A DNA stretch of 64,000 nucleotides, taken from assembly GCF_026571515.1 (NCBI RefSeq), contig NW_026852851.1:62001-126000 (forward strand), read 5' to 3'. Numbering within the stretch: the stretch's first letter is position 1; every line of letters begins with the position of its first letter. The notes beneath the pieces were generated by a model. The model saw only the letters and a program-made list of their open reading frames with translations, made no database searches and was not told where the DNA came from. The DNA is from Ruditapes philippinarum. Lineage: Eukaryota. Below are positions 12,601 through 26,632 of this stretch, piece after piece. The position numbers and the translations under genes are program-made.

Positions 12601-15600
12601 TGAAGTAACATGTTAGAGACTATATATGTATATTTATTAATATAAAACACGTGTACATTGTAATATCTAAAACTATGTACTAGCATTACTTAACACATGT
12701 CTAAAATATTAAGATTGACGAGAATTTGTTAAAATTATCTTGTTCATGTACAATTTAAATTTCACAGTTTTGAATATACACACTCAACGTCTATCTTACA
12801 CACATATTTTTGACTCACCAAGGAATGTACTTCATCCTCGAAATTTCTTACAAGCTCGGTTATTTGCTCTAGACAAAAATTGTTTCTTCTGTCTGGTCTA
12901 GACATATATTCATGGCCATTTATATGACTGTTTTATATTTCCATTTATATTAAACAATGTCTGTCATGTTAGTTTGATCTATAATAAGTACTCGTCTGCC
13001 AAGCTCTACTGTTTGTTTGACTCTCACCTATAAGTGTAACAAAAAGAACAACACTTTGTAATACCAATTATTTTGCTGTTGTCTGAATAAACGTTGTCCA
13101 ATAAATGCTGAATTTTGCAACAATCTGTCTGTCGATTTCCAACTATTTTGACTTTTATTCTATCAGTTTTATAACTCAAAAAATATATGAAACATTTAAG
13201 TTTGTAATCCCGAGTAAAGTATATTACATTTTATACATATAAAAACTAATCTTCTATAAATTTGAAATTCTAATTATTAAAAACATAGGATAAATACTTA
13301 GTTGTAGGGTAGTTTGTCACAAAATATCAATTATTCTGTTAAAGATGTTGTAAAACTTCATTTGGAAAACAATTATTAACTTTTTACTCACTTTGACTTA
13401 ATCCAATAATTCAGCGAGTGTTTTTACCAATAATTTGTGTCTGCAAAACATTTAACAATGTCAATCGCCATGTTCTGCAGTCCAATAAACAAAAATAATG
13501 TGTCACCCGTCACATGACAGAATTTAATGATAAAAAAATGCAAATAAATTGACAAATATATATACATGTAGGTAGAAGTCCTCCTGAAAGGCACAATGGC
13601 TACAAATATAGCCGCGAATCAAATGTCTAAAATCTTACAATAGGAAATGTGGTCTTATTGATTAAGGTGCCCAAAACAAGAATTAGAAAATGCTATAAAT
13701 TAATTTCTGTTTGTATGATGAATGGTAGTCATTTGGTAAATGCTCTTCCCCACTGAAGTTAAGCAAAGTACCAGTTTTTGCAAAAAAGAAGACATATATT
13801 GCTTTTCGCTACAAATGTTATTAAAAGGAGAATGAGCATATATTTTTATCATTTTGGCCTCGCAGTTTTGGAGTTAGCGATTACTTTTATCATGTTTATG
13901 ATATTGCTTTTCATTGTCGTTTGAGGACAGACATGTTTATAATACTTCTGTGATTTTTGTAGGTTGAACAATGTAAACTATAAACAGTTAACATGCAAAC
14001 TATTTATTGTAATATAATTCTTATTGATACTAATCAAATGTTATCATTGTGAACAAACTAACCCCGAGCCTTACGTGGCATGTTACTATAACTTCAAGAC
14101 ATAGACTAGAATACAATGATTTTATGGCATTAATTATATATAATTTGCACCCCCCCCCCTTTGCATCTCCCTCTGTGCCTTTCTCGTTTTACGCCTCTTT
14201 CCTACGGTTCTATTCAGTGCCCTGCTAAGCGTCATTTTCCAGGATTATTATATGATTGCCATATCCCTTTTCCCGTGTACTTTAATCTATTTTGTCTTGC
14301 TAATCTTAGAACATATATTTTTATCTCGTGTACTGCGAGCATGTCCAATAGCTTAGTTATGTGTAAATAATGAAGGAATATTGCAAAATGAAGCAGAATC
14401 TGTGACAAAAAAAAACTATTACCGAAACAACCACATAGGTAAATGTATAAATAGAATGGCATAACCTTAGTTACTACACCAATAGAATTGCACAACCTGT
14501 GTAACTTCTGCACAATTCCTGTGTTATTTTCATATTCTTTCGATACTGGATATATATAAATGTAAAATCATTATGACTATGATGACCTACCGATTTTTTA
14601 TCTAATCTTAACACTAACAGACATCTAATATATCGGCTTTTAACTGTACTTATCGCTTTATCGTGTAACATCTGGTCCATAGAGGGTAATAGTAAATGAC
14701 CGTTACAACCAATGTCAAACCGTTTAATGTTCCAAGTAAATACATTACGAATACGCCAGGAGACGATGATTGTTGAGATAACTCTATCTCCAATACGCTA
14801 ATTACCTCGTTATTCTAATTGTATGTAGGGTCAACACAGAAGTTTTCATTCTGGCTTTACATGACTTGTAAGCAAAATGATTAGATTAACTATAAATCGA
14901 GCTTTGAAATAAAAAAATAAAGCAAAACAAAAATAAGAAGGAAGAACGCTCGTATCGGAGGCTACGTTTCGTGGTCGGCTTAATATTCATTTTCATGATT
15001 AAGTGGAATCATTCTTAGTCATAAATGATTAATTTTTAACTCAGTAATTGCTATGACTTCTTATAAAGAGAACATTGCGCACAAGTCTTCCATTTTGTAG
15101 GACGCTAGTTTTCATAAATTAGTACATCTTTCTCGAAATAAATTTCTTGAAATATCTATTTCATATTTTTATTAAATAAATTAAAAAAATTTAAGGAACG
15201 CAAGTCACGGGGAAATTGAAAATGCCTGGATTCAATTTTGAGACTGTTTAAGGACGGCAGTGTTTAATACCGATATAAAGAAGGGACAAGGCCTCCCTAG
15301 CACCGACTTAAAAGGAGGAAAACTCAACCCCCTAAGAACGCCCAAAACGACTAAATTGAGAAAGTTGCAGGCTTGGTTTTATTGCGTCTGTCCATGTGCG
15401 AAAATGGTCATTTCTACGACCTCTACTATCGCCTTAAATTGCTCCTACATTGACATTTTAATGTTTTTGTTATTATAATAACAAATTAACTAAATGGAAT
15501 ACGCTTGTTATTGGCGATGAATACCGAATGTTGAAATATTGAATTTAGAAACGTGCACAAATAAGTCCATAATAAAGCAAACTAACTACAAATTATAATA

Positions 15601-18600
15601 TCGAGTACAATTAATTATTAACAAATATACGAGTATATAATGGTTGTAGTTATATTTACTGCCAATTGAAGTTACTGGCAAAACTTACTTTGAGTGTACT
15701 ATTTATAAATAATGAGTCATGTTTAAGACATTTAAGTTCATGATTTACAATCATACTAATAAAATGGCGACTGAACAATTGATAACGAAAAATGTTGACC
15801 ATTTAATATAATATAAAGAAAAACGGAATCCTTAAAAACGCCCAAAACTACAAAATTAAAAATGTTGCAGGCTCGGTTCGATTGAGCCTGTTCATGGACG
15901 GTAGAATTTATAAATACTGCCTAATATTTAAAAATGCTGATCGACAATATTTTTATATAAAATAAATATAACGATAATTTCTGACGTTTATTTTATATTT
16001 TATATAAATAGTTATGTGGGTCACAGAGATTATTGACTATTCGAGGGGAGGGGGGTGTAAAATTAAAAAAAGACAAAATGTCAAATAGAAAAAATAAGAA
16101 TCCTTAAAGAAAGAATTATGTTGTGCTGAACGAACTTCAATAATCGGATATATAACATCGCTGATTGAATGTACAGTTATTTGCACTTTACCATTGACTC
16201 TTAGATGGGCATTATGTCACTTTAAGTCAATTTGTTTAAACTGCCTTATTTGTTTCAGCTGCATTATGATAAAAGCTTACAATTTCGCGTTTCTATGTTC
16301 TGGTTCGAAGAGAAACATGGTCGTGGTCCCAGTAGGTGTCGAGCCAACCATCCTCGAGTTGACAGGCTCATATAAACCATTGGACATACTCTAAATCACT
16401 CTGCAGCATATTTGTAAGCCATAACATCTCTATCAAACTGTGTCCCTCGTTTTTCAGTGTGACATCATCCACATTCACATGCAGGTAAAAACTAACAAAT
16501 AATGCCAATAACCTTACAATGTTCTGAACAATATTTTTATAGAGATTGTCCCTCGTTAATCCCGTCTGATTGCTCTTTTCAATATTCCTATATTACAATA
16601 AATCTCGGTTTTTTCAGCGGGATCACGAACGTTTTTCTCTTGTGTCAATAAATTATCTAGGGACTTGTTAATAATGACATGCGTAATTCCAGCAATTACA
16701 CTTAATATCCTATCTTAAATCATATTTCAAACGAAAGAAATAAGAGCGTTTCTGCAGTTTTCGAAAGTGTTTGTTTTCAGACGTTTTAGAAATTGCATAC
16801 CGCCACTTGTTTCCATACATAAGATTTTTATTAAAGTATTATAAACGTGAAACAAGACATTTCTAGAGATGACTTCTACAGTATACTTTCATTATTTGAA
16901 AAGAAGAAGAAAAATATTTTAAAAAATCCAATCATGTTATCTATTGCTCAAGTTTTCTAAATTCAGACAAATTTTGACAGGTTTTAACTCACTCAATTGA
17001 TTTTACCTCAGTACAACAATTTAAGATGGGGTTAAAGTTAGTTATGAGAAACAAAAGTGTAACGTACGGATACTTCGGGTTTTTATGAAGAACAGATGAC
17101 TTGCCACTTTTATATGAATAATTGTAGTTTGTTTGCTATTTAAGGGGTTTAAAGCTAATATCTTATGAAATATGTTTTATAAAATTTAAAAACGGCAAAA
17201 TTGTGTTATGTTCATAATCTTATTCGATTCTCGGAAAACTGTAACTGTCATATACGTTCCCACGGCCCCTCCCCCACCTAGTACCTGCTGTAGCAGAATT
17301 GAACATTTAAGCATGAAAATGGTGACGTTTTTAATTTAGAGATATCAGCAAATATATTCATTCGTCGGTTACCTAAAACTAACAGTGGAAAATATTGATT
17401 AAACAAAACTGTTAAGCAACCTTTGGAAAAAAACGTTCAATTTCCAATTTACTTTTTTTTTTATTTAGGACGAAATCTACAACTTATAATATTGTATAAA
17501 TTTACTCTCAGGAATGATTTCCTCGTTTGTTTTGCATTTAATGTACATACATGTAGCTAATTCTTTCACTTTTTTCCAAAGTAAGGTTAGTCAGTGTTAT
17601 TGTATAGAAAAGAGTTTAAGTGTAAACAAAATCTGGAAAAGAAACGAAAAAGATATACAAAATGATAGTACGTTACAAAAACGCACCAGATACTTTAAAT
17701 TCGCTTTCAAATTAAAGCAAAATTAAATTACCAAAAATAGGTAAGAATAGGAAAAAGAGTTCACTCCTGCGTTTATCACACAGGGGTTAGTTAAAGTATA
17801 GTTAAAGTCATTGCATGTAAATAAAATTATAGAATTGTGAATATTTTTACTTTAGGTTTCGCAAGGTCGGTTGACGTGATATAATTAGGTTTATTTTCAG
17901 GCATGCAGCTTTAAAATGATTATGAAACACAAACGTGGCTGAGTACGTTTTATTTGGTGTTTCCTCTTCTATTAGAATGCTATGCTATTCGATTTACATT
18001 GAAACCTGCATTGGTGTCTTTATGGAACAAATAATAGCTTTCGAAATATCTTGTTTATTGAAAATGGAGGAGATTCAAATTAAAGTAAACATATCAAGTT
18101 TTAATTGGTTTTGTTATATATTATATTAGTAATACTAGTAATATGATCTTAGATTTCTAGGAAAACTACGTTTATAAATTATAATGGAGTAAGAAGTTGG
18201 ATCAACGATAAAGTAAAATGATATCTAAAATGCATTTTTCATTAAAGATTACGAACTAGTAAATCGGTAAATTTCGACTTATGTCGGATAATATCGTATT
18301 CTATCCGATGCCACTCTCCGCCTTCCCTCGACAAGTCTGTAATACTATTTTAAGTACACATACGTCACGTGAGAGGGTGTGTTTTCGCTTTGACGTCACA
18401 ATTTGAAAGAAAAAAGATATTGTTTGAGTGAGTAATGTTTTTACGTTACATCGTTAGCTTTATATGGATTTGCATGCAATATCTCATGTTAATATCCCCC
18501 TACCTTAATTACAAAAGCAAAATATGGAAATTTATTTACAAATATCTTAATAACATATTTTCAGAAAAATATCCCATCTTAATCCCATCTGCTTGCACTC

Positions 18601-19406
18601 ATCAACATTTTTATTTGGCAATAAATCTCAGGTTTTCTTTGGGATCATGAACTCTCTTCTCGTATTTGATATGATCATCCAGAGACTTGTAAATCATGAC
18701 ATAGTTAATTCCAGCAATTTAGAGTAATTCCGAACGAAGTGTCAAGTTACCATCACACTTTACCGGAAGTTCATACAATGATTTCTTTATCATTTTTCTG
18801 TTCAAGATTCTGTCAGTTTTATACCCTTTATATAAAAGAATAAAATGATCCGACGTCTTATTTATTTGGAATTATAAATAAACATTATTATCACGATTTA
18901 AAACAAATGATTGATTCTGTCTTCTTATTCTTCTTATAAACAGGCAACTGATAAACAAAATAAAAAGCAAAAAGCAAAGCCTTTTTAATGACATTGGAAA
19001 ATAAATAGCTGCTGTTAATTTAATAAAGCATGCTATGAGAAGTCCCTTAAAAACAAAAACATTAAAGTTATTGTTTGTGATTGTTTATACAGAGCCGTCT
19101 CCCGTTCGTGCTTTGCCTTGTGCCCTGACCTGTTTTTGTTTGGTGTCCTCCTGGGCTCTTTCCCGGTACTCCTGTGTTGCTGGGTCTTTTGGGGTTGCGT
19201 CCTTCCTTGTTAATCTTGTTTGTTTATACTTTTAACATCATGGTATTGTTTAAATAAAATTCTTTTATTGCAGGAACCTTTCATTTTGTTATTCAAGAAT
19301 CTTGTCCATTAGCAAAGCATTACCTGATAGCCGACCATATGTCTCGAGTCCGATACTCATACTTAATTTCAACTGACCCTTGCCTATCCGACACATCAAA
19401 AAATGT

Positions 19407-19740
19407 CCACGTTTGTCTTTACATTGTATCAATAACTCCACGTCGGTCGTTACTGTATATCAATAACTCCACCTCGGTCGTTACTGTGTATCAATAACTC
19501 CACGTTTGTCTTTACATTGTATCAATAACTCCACGTCGGTCGCTTTCCGTGTATCAACAACTCCACGTCGGTCGTTACTGTGTATCAATAACTCCACGTC
19601 GGTCGTTACTGTGTATCAATAACTCCACGTCGGTCGTTACTGTGTATCAATAACTTCACGTCGGTCGTTACTGTGTTTTAATAACTCCACGTTGGTCATA
19701 ACTGTGTATCAATCTTTTCACCTCGGTTGTAACTGTGTAT
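19407..19740 (+). repeat. 31-bp minisatellite, ~11 units
   Basis: Tandem CCACGTCGGTCGTTACTGTGTATCAATAACT. Confidence 0.95.
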
Positions 19741-20849
19741 TCATAAACTTAGTCAAGTGTGAATCAATAATTAACCGATGTCTAAAATTTTTCATATTCG
19801 ACAACCTCCGGAAACCGACATAACCAAGTGTACTTTAGTCCTAACCAGTGTCGATATAGACAAGTTACACTGTATATTCATCCTTTGTTCTCCCCGAAGA
19901 TTGGCAATAAACATACTTACAAAGCATGTCGATGGTGAAAGGTTTTCTCTTGAGCCCCACTGTTGGCAATTAAAGTTTGGAGTTTTTGTTAGTTTTATTT
20001 ATTTATCTATTTTCTATTTATTTTATTTTTTTTATTTATTTAATTTCTGTCTCAAATTATGACTGTCTGATGAAATTACAATTAATATTAATTAACTAAT
20101 TAAGACAAGCTTTTATGTTTGTTTTTTTCTGGACGGGCGAACGATCTCCTTGTTTCAGAATATTGTTGTACATTATATTATGCTAAAACAGATATTTATA
20201 CACAGGAAAAGATGTTCAAAATAAATAAATGAAAAAAAAAAGAAATGAAATGTTAAAGAAGTGTTTCATTTTTTTAAAGATACATTGTATACTAAGTAAT
20301 TGCTATAAATATAAAATAAACATGTTTTTATTTCCCTCAAAGTAGATATGATGTGTTTAAAATTCTACAAAATAAAGGTGTTTACAAAATGAATATAAAG
20401 TTGCATAAAAACTAGAAAGACCTTCTTGGTGAATGCATTCTTCAATTGTATAATCTAGTATTTTAGTTTGTTGTTTATTTTCTGTAGAAAGAACATGTTA
20501 ATTTTTACATAATGTATTCTTAAAGGCACATTATGCCTAAGAAACGAATTTTTTTATATTATTCAGAAGAGGCAAATATGAAACTGTTTAAATAAAGGTT
20601 TTAGATCATGTAAGGTGTTTGATATCTGAAAAAAGTAGCGCTAAATGTAACATAATTTGTCATATAAGTAGTTAAAAGTTAAAACATTAAGCTCCAATAA
20701 AATGCTGTGTTTATACATTTTTTGATAATGAAAATCGACACATCGATAAAGAGCTGCAAAGTAAAAAAAATGTTGCTGGTTCGGTTCGATTGAGGCCTGA
20801 TCATGCGGTATTGTTTAATGCTATCTACCGTCAACGTAGCACCGGGAAA

Positions 20850-20890
20850 GCCGTCCGGTTAGCTCATTAGATAGAGCGTTGGTCTTGTAA
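20850..20890 (+). pseudogene. Truncated tRNA/SINE 5' half (paralog at 12566-12603)
   Basis: gccgtccggttagctcattagatagagcgttggtcttgtaa resembles acceptor + D-arm + the start of an anticodon arm; no T-arm follows. Confidence 0.4.
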
Positions 20891-23800
20891 TTGACTATAT
20901 ACATTTATATATATACAATGTTTTGATATAAAACACGTGTACATTGTAATAGCTAAAACTAGCATTAGTTAACACATGTCTAAAATATTAAGATTGACGA
21001 GAATTTGTAAAAATTATCTTGTGCATATTCAATCATGTAACAAGTTACATTTCACAATTTTGGATATACACACTCACCATCTATTATACACACATAGTTT
21101 TTGACTCACCAATGAATGTACTTCATCCTCGAAATTTCTTACAAGCTCGGTTATTTGCTCTAGACAAAAATTGTTTCTTCTGTCTGCTCTGGACATATAT
21201 TCATGGCCATTTATATGACTGTTATATATTTCGATTTATATAAAACAATGTCTGTCATGTTAGTTTGATCTATAATAAGTACTCGCCTGCCAAGCTTTAC
21301 TGTTTGTTTCACTCTCACATATAAGTGTAACAAAAAGAACAACAATTTGTAATACCAATTATTTTGCTGTTGTCTGAATAAGGTTTTAATAAACGTTGTT
21401 CAATAAATGCTGAATTTTGCAACAATCTGTCTTTCGATTTCCAACTATTAAAAATACCGAGCTTTTCAAATAGTAGTTTTTTGTAAATTTCTGACAGATA
21501 TTAAATCTAGTCTCTCTTGACTTTTATTCAATCATTTTTATAACTCAAGAAATGTATGAATCATTTAAGCTTGTAATCCCGAGTGAAATATATTACATAT
21601 TATACACTGAAACTAATCTTCTATCTTATATATGTATTTTCTTTTTAAAAATAGTAGTATGATGAAAATGATTTATAATGAGCAGTATACATTTTAATCA
21701 TTTAATTGTAAATAACAGTTTACTTCTTTTCATAGTATATGATGTATTAATATCACGCATCTTTTATAAAGACAGTATATGGTGCCAAAGGTACTTAAAA
21801 TGTATTAACTTACTTCTCAATTAAAGAAACAAATGACTTATAACTAGGAAACTTAACAGATAGATTGGACATTCTTATTATTTAAAACATAGTATAAATA
21901 CTTAGTGGTAGGGTAGTTTGTCACAAAATATCAATTATTCTGTTGAAGATGTTGTAAAGCTTCATTAGGAAAACAATGATTAACTTTTTACTCACTTTGA
22001 CTTAATCCAATAAGTCAGCGAGTGTTTTTACAAATAATTTGTGTTGGCAAAACATTTTACAATGTCCGTCGCCATGTTCTGCAGTCCAGTAAACAAATAA
22101 TGTGTTGTTACTGGTTAAACGGCTCTTTTACAATTAAATGACAATAAAAAGCAATTAAATTTACAAAAATATGTAGGTAGAAAAAATTGTCTAATTGTGC
22201 AACACAAATCTTCCTAAATCCTATTCAAAAGGCACAATGACCAGACAAATTGCCACAGAATCAGATGTATAAAATCTTATAATAAGAAATGTGGTCTTAT
22301 TGATTAAGGTGCCCCAAAACAAGAAATAGAAAATGCTACAAATTAATTTCTATTTGTATGATGAATGGTAGCAATTTGTTAAATGCTCTTCCCCACTGAA
22401 GTAAAGCAAAGTTACAAACCAGTATTTGCCAAAAAGAAGACAGATATTGCTTTTGGCTACACATGTTATTAAAAGGAGAATGAGCATATATTTCTATCAT
22501 TCTTGTTTCGCAGTTTTTGAGTAAGAGATTACTTTTATGATATTGGTGTTCATTGTCGTTTGTAGACAGACATGTTTATAATTCTTCTGTGAAATTTTTT
22601 TAGGGGTTAAAAATGTTTAAATAAAACAGTTAAAAAAAAGCAAAAAAAATAAAAAGCCAAAAAGACAAAAAGTCGGAAATTGTAAATTTATTTAATTCTC
22701 ATAAAAAATAAAATTAAAAAAATTTATTGTTTTTGTTTCAAGACCAAACTTCCCCCCGCCTTAGTGAAAAAAATTTAAAATTAAAAAAACCCCGGGAAAA
22801 AGATAGAAATAATAATTTTTTTTTTGGCATTTTTTTATATAATTTTTCCCCTTATTTCACCCACCCTGTTCCCCCATTGCGTTTTTCCCCCCCCCTTTTC
22901 CCCGGGTTTTTTCAGTGCCCTGCTAAAACGTCATTTTAGAGGTTTTAAAATTAAAATGATCGGGCCCTAAACCCCCTTTTTTATGTACATTAAACTCCCT
23001 TTTTTCTTTTTAATCTTAGGACATATATTTTAATTTCGTGTACTGCGAGCATGTCCAATAGCTTAGTAATGTGAAAATAAGGCAGGAATAGTGCAAAATG
23101 AAGAAGTAGAATCTGTGAAAAATTATTTCCAAAACAATCACTTAGGTAAATACACAAATAGAATTGCGCCATCTGCGTAACTTTGGCACAACTCCTGCGT
23201 TATATTCATATTCTTGCGATACTGGATATATATCAATGTAAATATATTTGAAAGTGAAAACATTATGACTTTGATGACCTTAAGAATATTTATCTAATCT
23301 TAACAATAACATACATCTAATATATCGGCTTTTAAATGTATTTATCGCTTTATCTAATAACATCTGGTCCATAGAGGGTAATAGTAAATGACGGTTACAA
23401 CCAATGTCAAACCGTTTAATATTCCAAATAAATACATTACGAATACGCCAGAAGACGAGAATTGTTGGGATAACTCTATCTCCAATACGCCAATTACCTC
23501 GTTATTCTAATTGTATGTAGGGTCAACACGAGTTTCATTCTGGCTTTACAGGACTAATAACCAAAATGATAAGATTAACTATTAAACGAGCTCTAAAATA
23601 AGAAATTATAGAAAGACAAAATAAGAGGAACAACACTTATCGGCATGAACAGGTTTATACTCATGAAACAGAATCATACTTATTCATAATTGAATAAAGT
23701 TTAACACAGTTATTGGTATGATTTCTTATAAACACAACATTGCAAGCAAGTAATCAATTTTGTCGGACGCTTTTTGTTACAACAAGATTAGAGATAAAGA

Positions 23801-25289
23801 TCTTGTAATGCATGCACTACATTCATGTCATAATTGTATCAAAATAAATCAAAATGAAATCTTATAGAACGCAAGCCACGGCAAATATGAAAATGTTGAG
23901 AGTTCGTTCACGAACGCCAGTGGTAAATTCAAGCTACGTCAACGTCTCCCTATCATCAACTAAAATGGTAAAGAACCGAATCCCTTAAGAACGTCCAAAA
24001 TTACGATTTTATACGATAAACCAACCCCAAGGTAAGTTCGTATACGAATTTTAATAGTTAAATGAAGACTTTAATCAGCTTGTGTATGCACAACGTCACA
24101 GTGTTATAGTAGTTATCCGGAACACAGGAAAATGAGATTTTCTTGTGCAAACACACTTATTCACCATTTTAGCTTCCCTGACATTCAAAAAAGGTAGTCA
24201 TCTCATAAAAAGATTAAATTTGTATGAAAACATTCGTAACAATGCGTAAATAAACCGTTAAATTAGGAATTATACTTGTAGTAATGACTGTTGATTTAAT
24301 ATTAATGTTTGTCTGTACACCAAAATTAGATCTGGAGTCGAAATGAAACACAATTTATTAATGAAATGGCGCTATTTCTGTTTTCATGAAATTTATAAAA
24401 TGCAGCTTTTATGATCTTTATCAGTCACGGAAAGTAGCGAAATATGCCGAATTTCCACAAAACTTTGATAGAGAAATATAGAATAGTACCGTGAATTCAT
24501 TACGATGACATAATAAGCCCAAAGGTCTGTAGTTGATGTGCAAATTGCCGCGTTTCACCGGATAAAATGACTCCTTGATTGACATTTTTATATATAAATA
24601 CCCTAAATTGGATACGCTTGTTATTGGCGAAAAAAGCGAATGATGAAATATTGAATTAGAAGCGTGCATAAATATGTTCAAACTAAAGCAAACTACAATT
24701 GTAACTACAAATTATAATATAATATTGAGTACAATTTAGATACACTTTTCGAAAATAAATTAAGGTTGTCGTTATGATTATTGCCAACTGAAGTTACTAT
24801 CAAAACGTACCTTCTATTAATAAACTTTTCCCGCTAGCTTGCAATGATTTGTTAAAATTTGTAATATCTGAGACACAAAAGTCAATGATTTACAGTCATA
24901 CTAATAAAATGGCGACAGAACAAAAATTGATAATGAAAAATGTTGAGTATTAAATATTACTAAATATAAAAACAGTAAAACGGAATCCAAAAAGAATTCC
25001 AAAAACGACAAAACTGAAAATGTTGCAGGCTCGGTTTGATTGAGCGTACTCGAAAGTACAAGTTACCGTCCAAGTCCCCAAGCACCGGCTCAAGTAGAAT
25101 TTATAAGTACTGCCTAATATATGAAAAGGCTGGTCGATTTGATTTTTTATACAATGACCATAACGTAATTTCCGAAGTTTATTTTATATTTTATCTAAAT
25201 ATTTATGTGGGTCACAGAGATAAATGACTATTCGTGGTGGGGGGGGGGGTTAAAATAAAAAACAAATTGATAAAATGTAAAATAAAGAA

Positions 25290-25866
25290 AACAAGCAATT
25301 ATCATAGTATTGCAAGCAATCCATAAGTCCCCTACCGGTAAGAGCCCAAACAACATTCTGAAGGGCCATTGGCCATTCACTTAGGTTCCTATTTTAAGTA
25401 AATTTGTTGAAAAATTTCTTTAAAAGTGATCACAGGAAACAGTTTTTATGTACAGACAGACGGACTGAAGGACACTCTAAAGTTATTTTTTAAACATCCC
25501 TGTTATCAAAATATAACATTTTTAAAATCCTATCATGATTGAAGAAGTAAAAATTACCAATTTCTCAAAAAAAAAGTCTTAGTTCAAAAGGGGCATAATT
25601 CTGGAAATAGTCTTGCTAGAGTATTGAACACTCACAAATGTTGAGTGATAATAAGAAACATTTATATGAAGTTTGAAGTAGATACATTCAGAAAAAGAAG
25701 TTATTAAAAAAACAATTTTTTTTTTCATGAAAATTTTAAGTTCAAGGGAGGTAATTCTGATAATTTTTGTGCTAGAGTTGTAAACCTTGTCACATATGAT
25801 GTGGTTGATGACAAGCAATTTATATTTAAAGTTTGAAGAAAATACCTTAAGAAATAAGGAACTTAT

Positions 25867-25906
<40 letters not shown>

Positions 25907-26632
25907 TATTGGGAGCTGTGTATTGTATATTACTTACTTACTTACTTACTTACTTATATTTAAAGTTTGAAGAAAATACCTTAAGAAATAAGGAACTTAT
26001 AGTGAAAAAACTTAAAAACTAGAATCAGAAATCTTGAAATTCAGCCATTTGTTGCCATAGCAACCAGAATTTTCAACATAGGAAGATAAGAAAAGAATGT
26101 GCATAATTTCTATACTGCCATCTACCCATATGTCAAGTTTCATAAACATATTTTCAGTACTTTTTGTGTTATCACTGGATCCAGGTTATGTGTAAAATTT
26201 GCCATATTTTCAGTCTATTTGTTGCCATAGCAACCAGAATTTTCAACATAGGAAGGAAAGAAAAAGACGTGCATAATCTCCATACTGCCATCTATCCATA
26301 TATCAAGTTTCATAAAAATATTTTCAGTACTTTTTGCGTTATCACGGGATCCAGGTTATGTGTAAAATTTGCCATATTTTCAGTCTATTTGTTGCCATAG
26401 CAACCAGTATTTTTAACATAGGAAGAAAAGAAAAAGACGTGCATAATCTCCATACTGCCATCTATCCATATATCAAGTTTCATTAAAATATTTTCAGTAC
26501 TTTTTGCGTTATCGCGGGATCCAGTTTTGTGGACGGACGGACTGACGGACAGACGGACGGACTGACGGACAGACAGACAGACGGACGGAGGGTAAACCTA
26601 AAGTCCCCTCCGGTAAACCGGTAGGGGACTAA
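25290..26632 (+). mobile_element. Helentron-associated non-autonomous element (HINE/pearl-type)
   Basis: Subterminal agtcccctaccggt (25326-25339); 3' palindrome agtcccctccggt-aa-accggtaggggact (26602-26630); (GGAC/AGAC)n at 26531-26589; internal 170-bp tandem repeats (26048, 26218, 26388). It is inserted in an A-run and absent from copies 1 and 2. Confidence 0.85.

Larger units (their letters stand above)
790..12700 (+). repeat. Large tandem duplication, copy 1
   Basis: Collinear anchors: cctcg..ttcttacaagctcgg at ~865/12836/21127; ctcttccccactgaag at ~2134/13743/22386; ccccacctagtacctgctgtagcagaa at ~5814/17273/27673. Confidence 0.92.
12701..20980 (+). repeat. Large tandem duplication, copy 2 (~8.3 kb; has the empty sites for the LTR and HINE insertions)
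   Basis: Same anchors. Empty sites: aaacATATcaagtt (~18087) and gaaaaaataagaatcc (~16088). Confidence 0.92.

Noticed and set aside
22590-23020. Hypermutated segment of tandem copy 3
   Set aside because: The pattern of homopolymer inflation indicates unpolished long-read error rather than biology.
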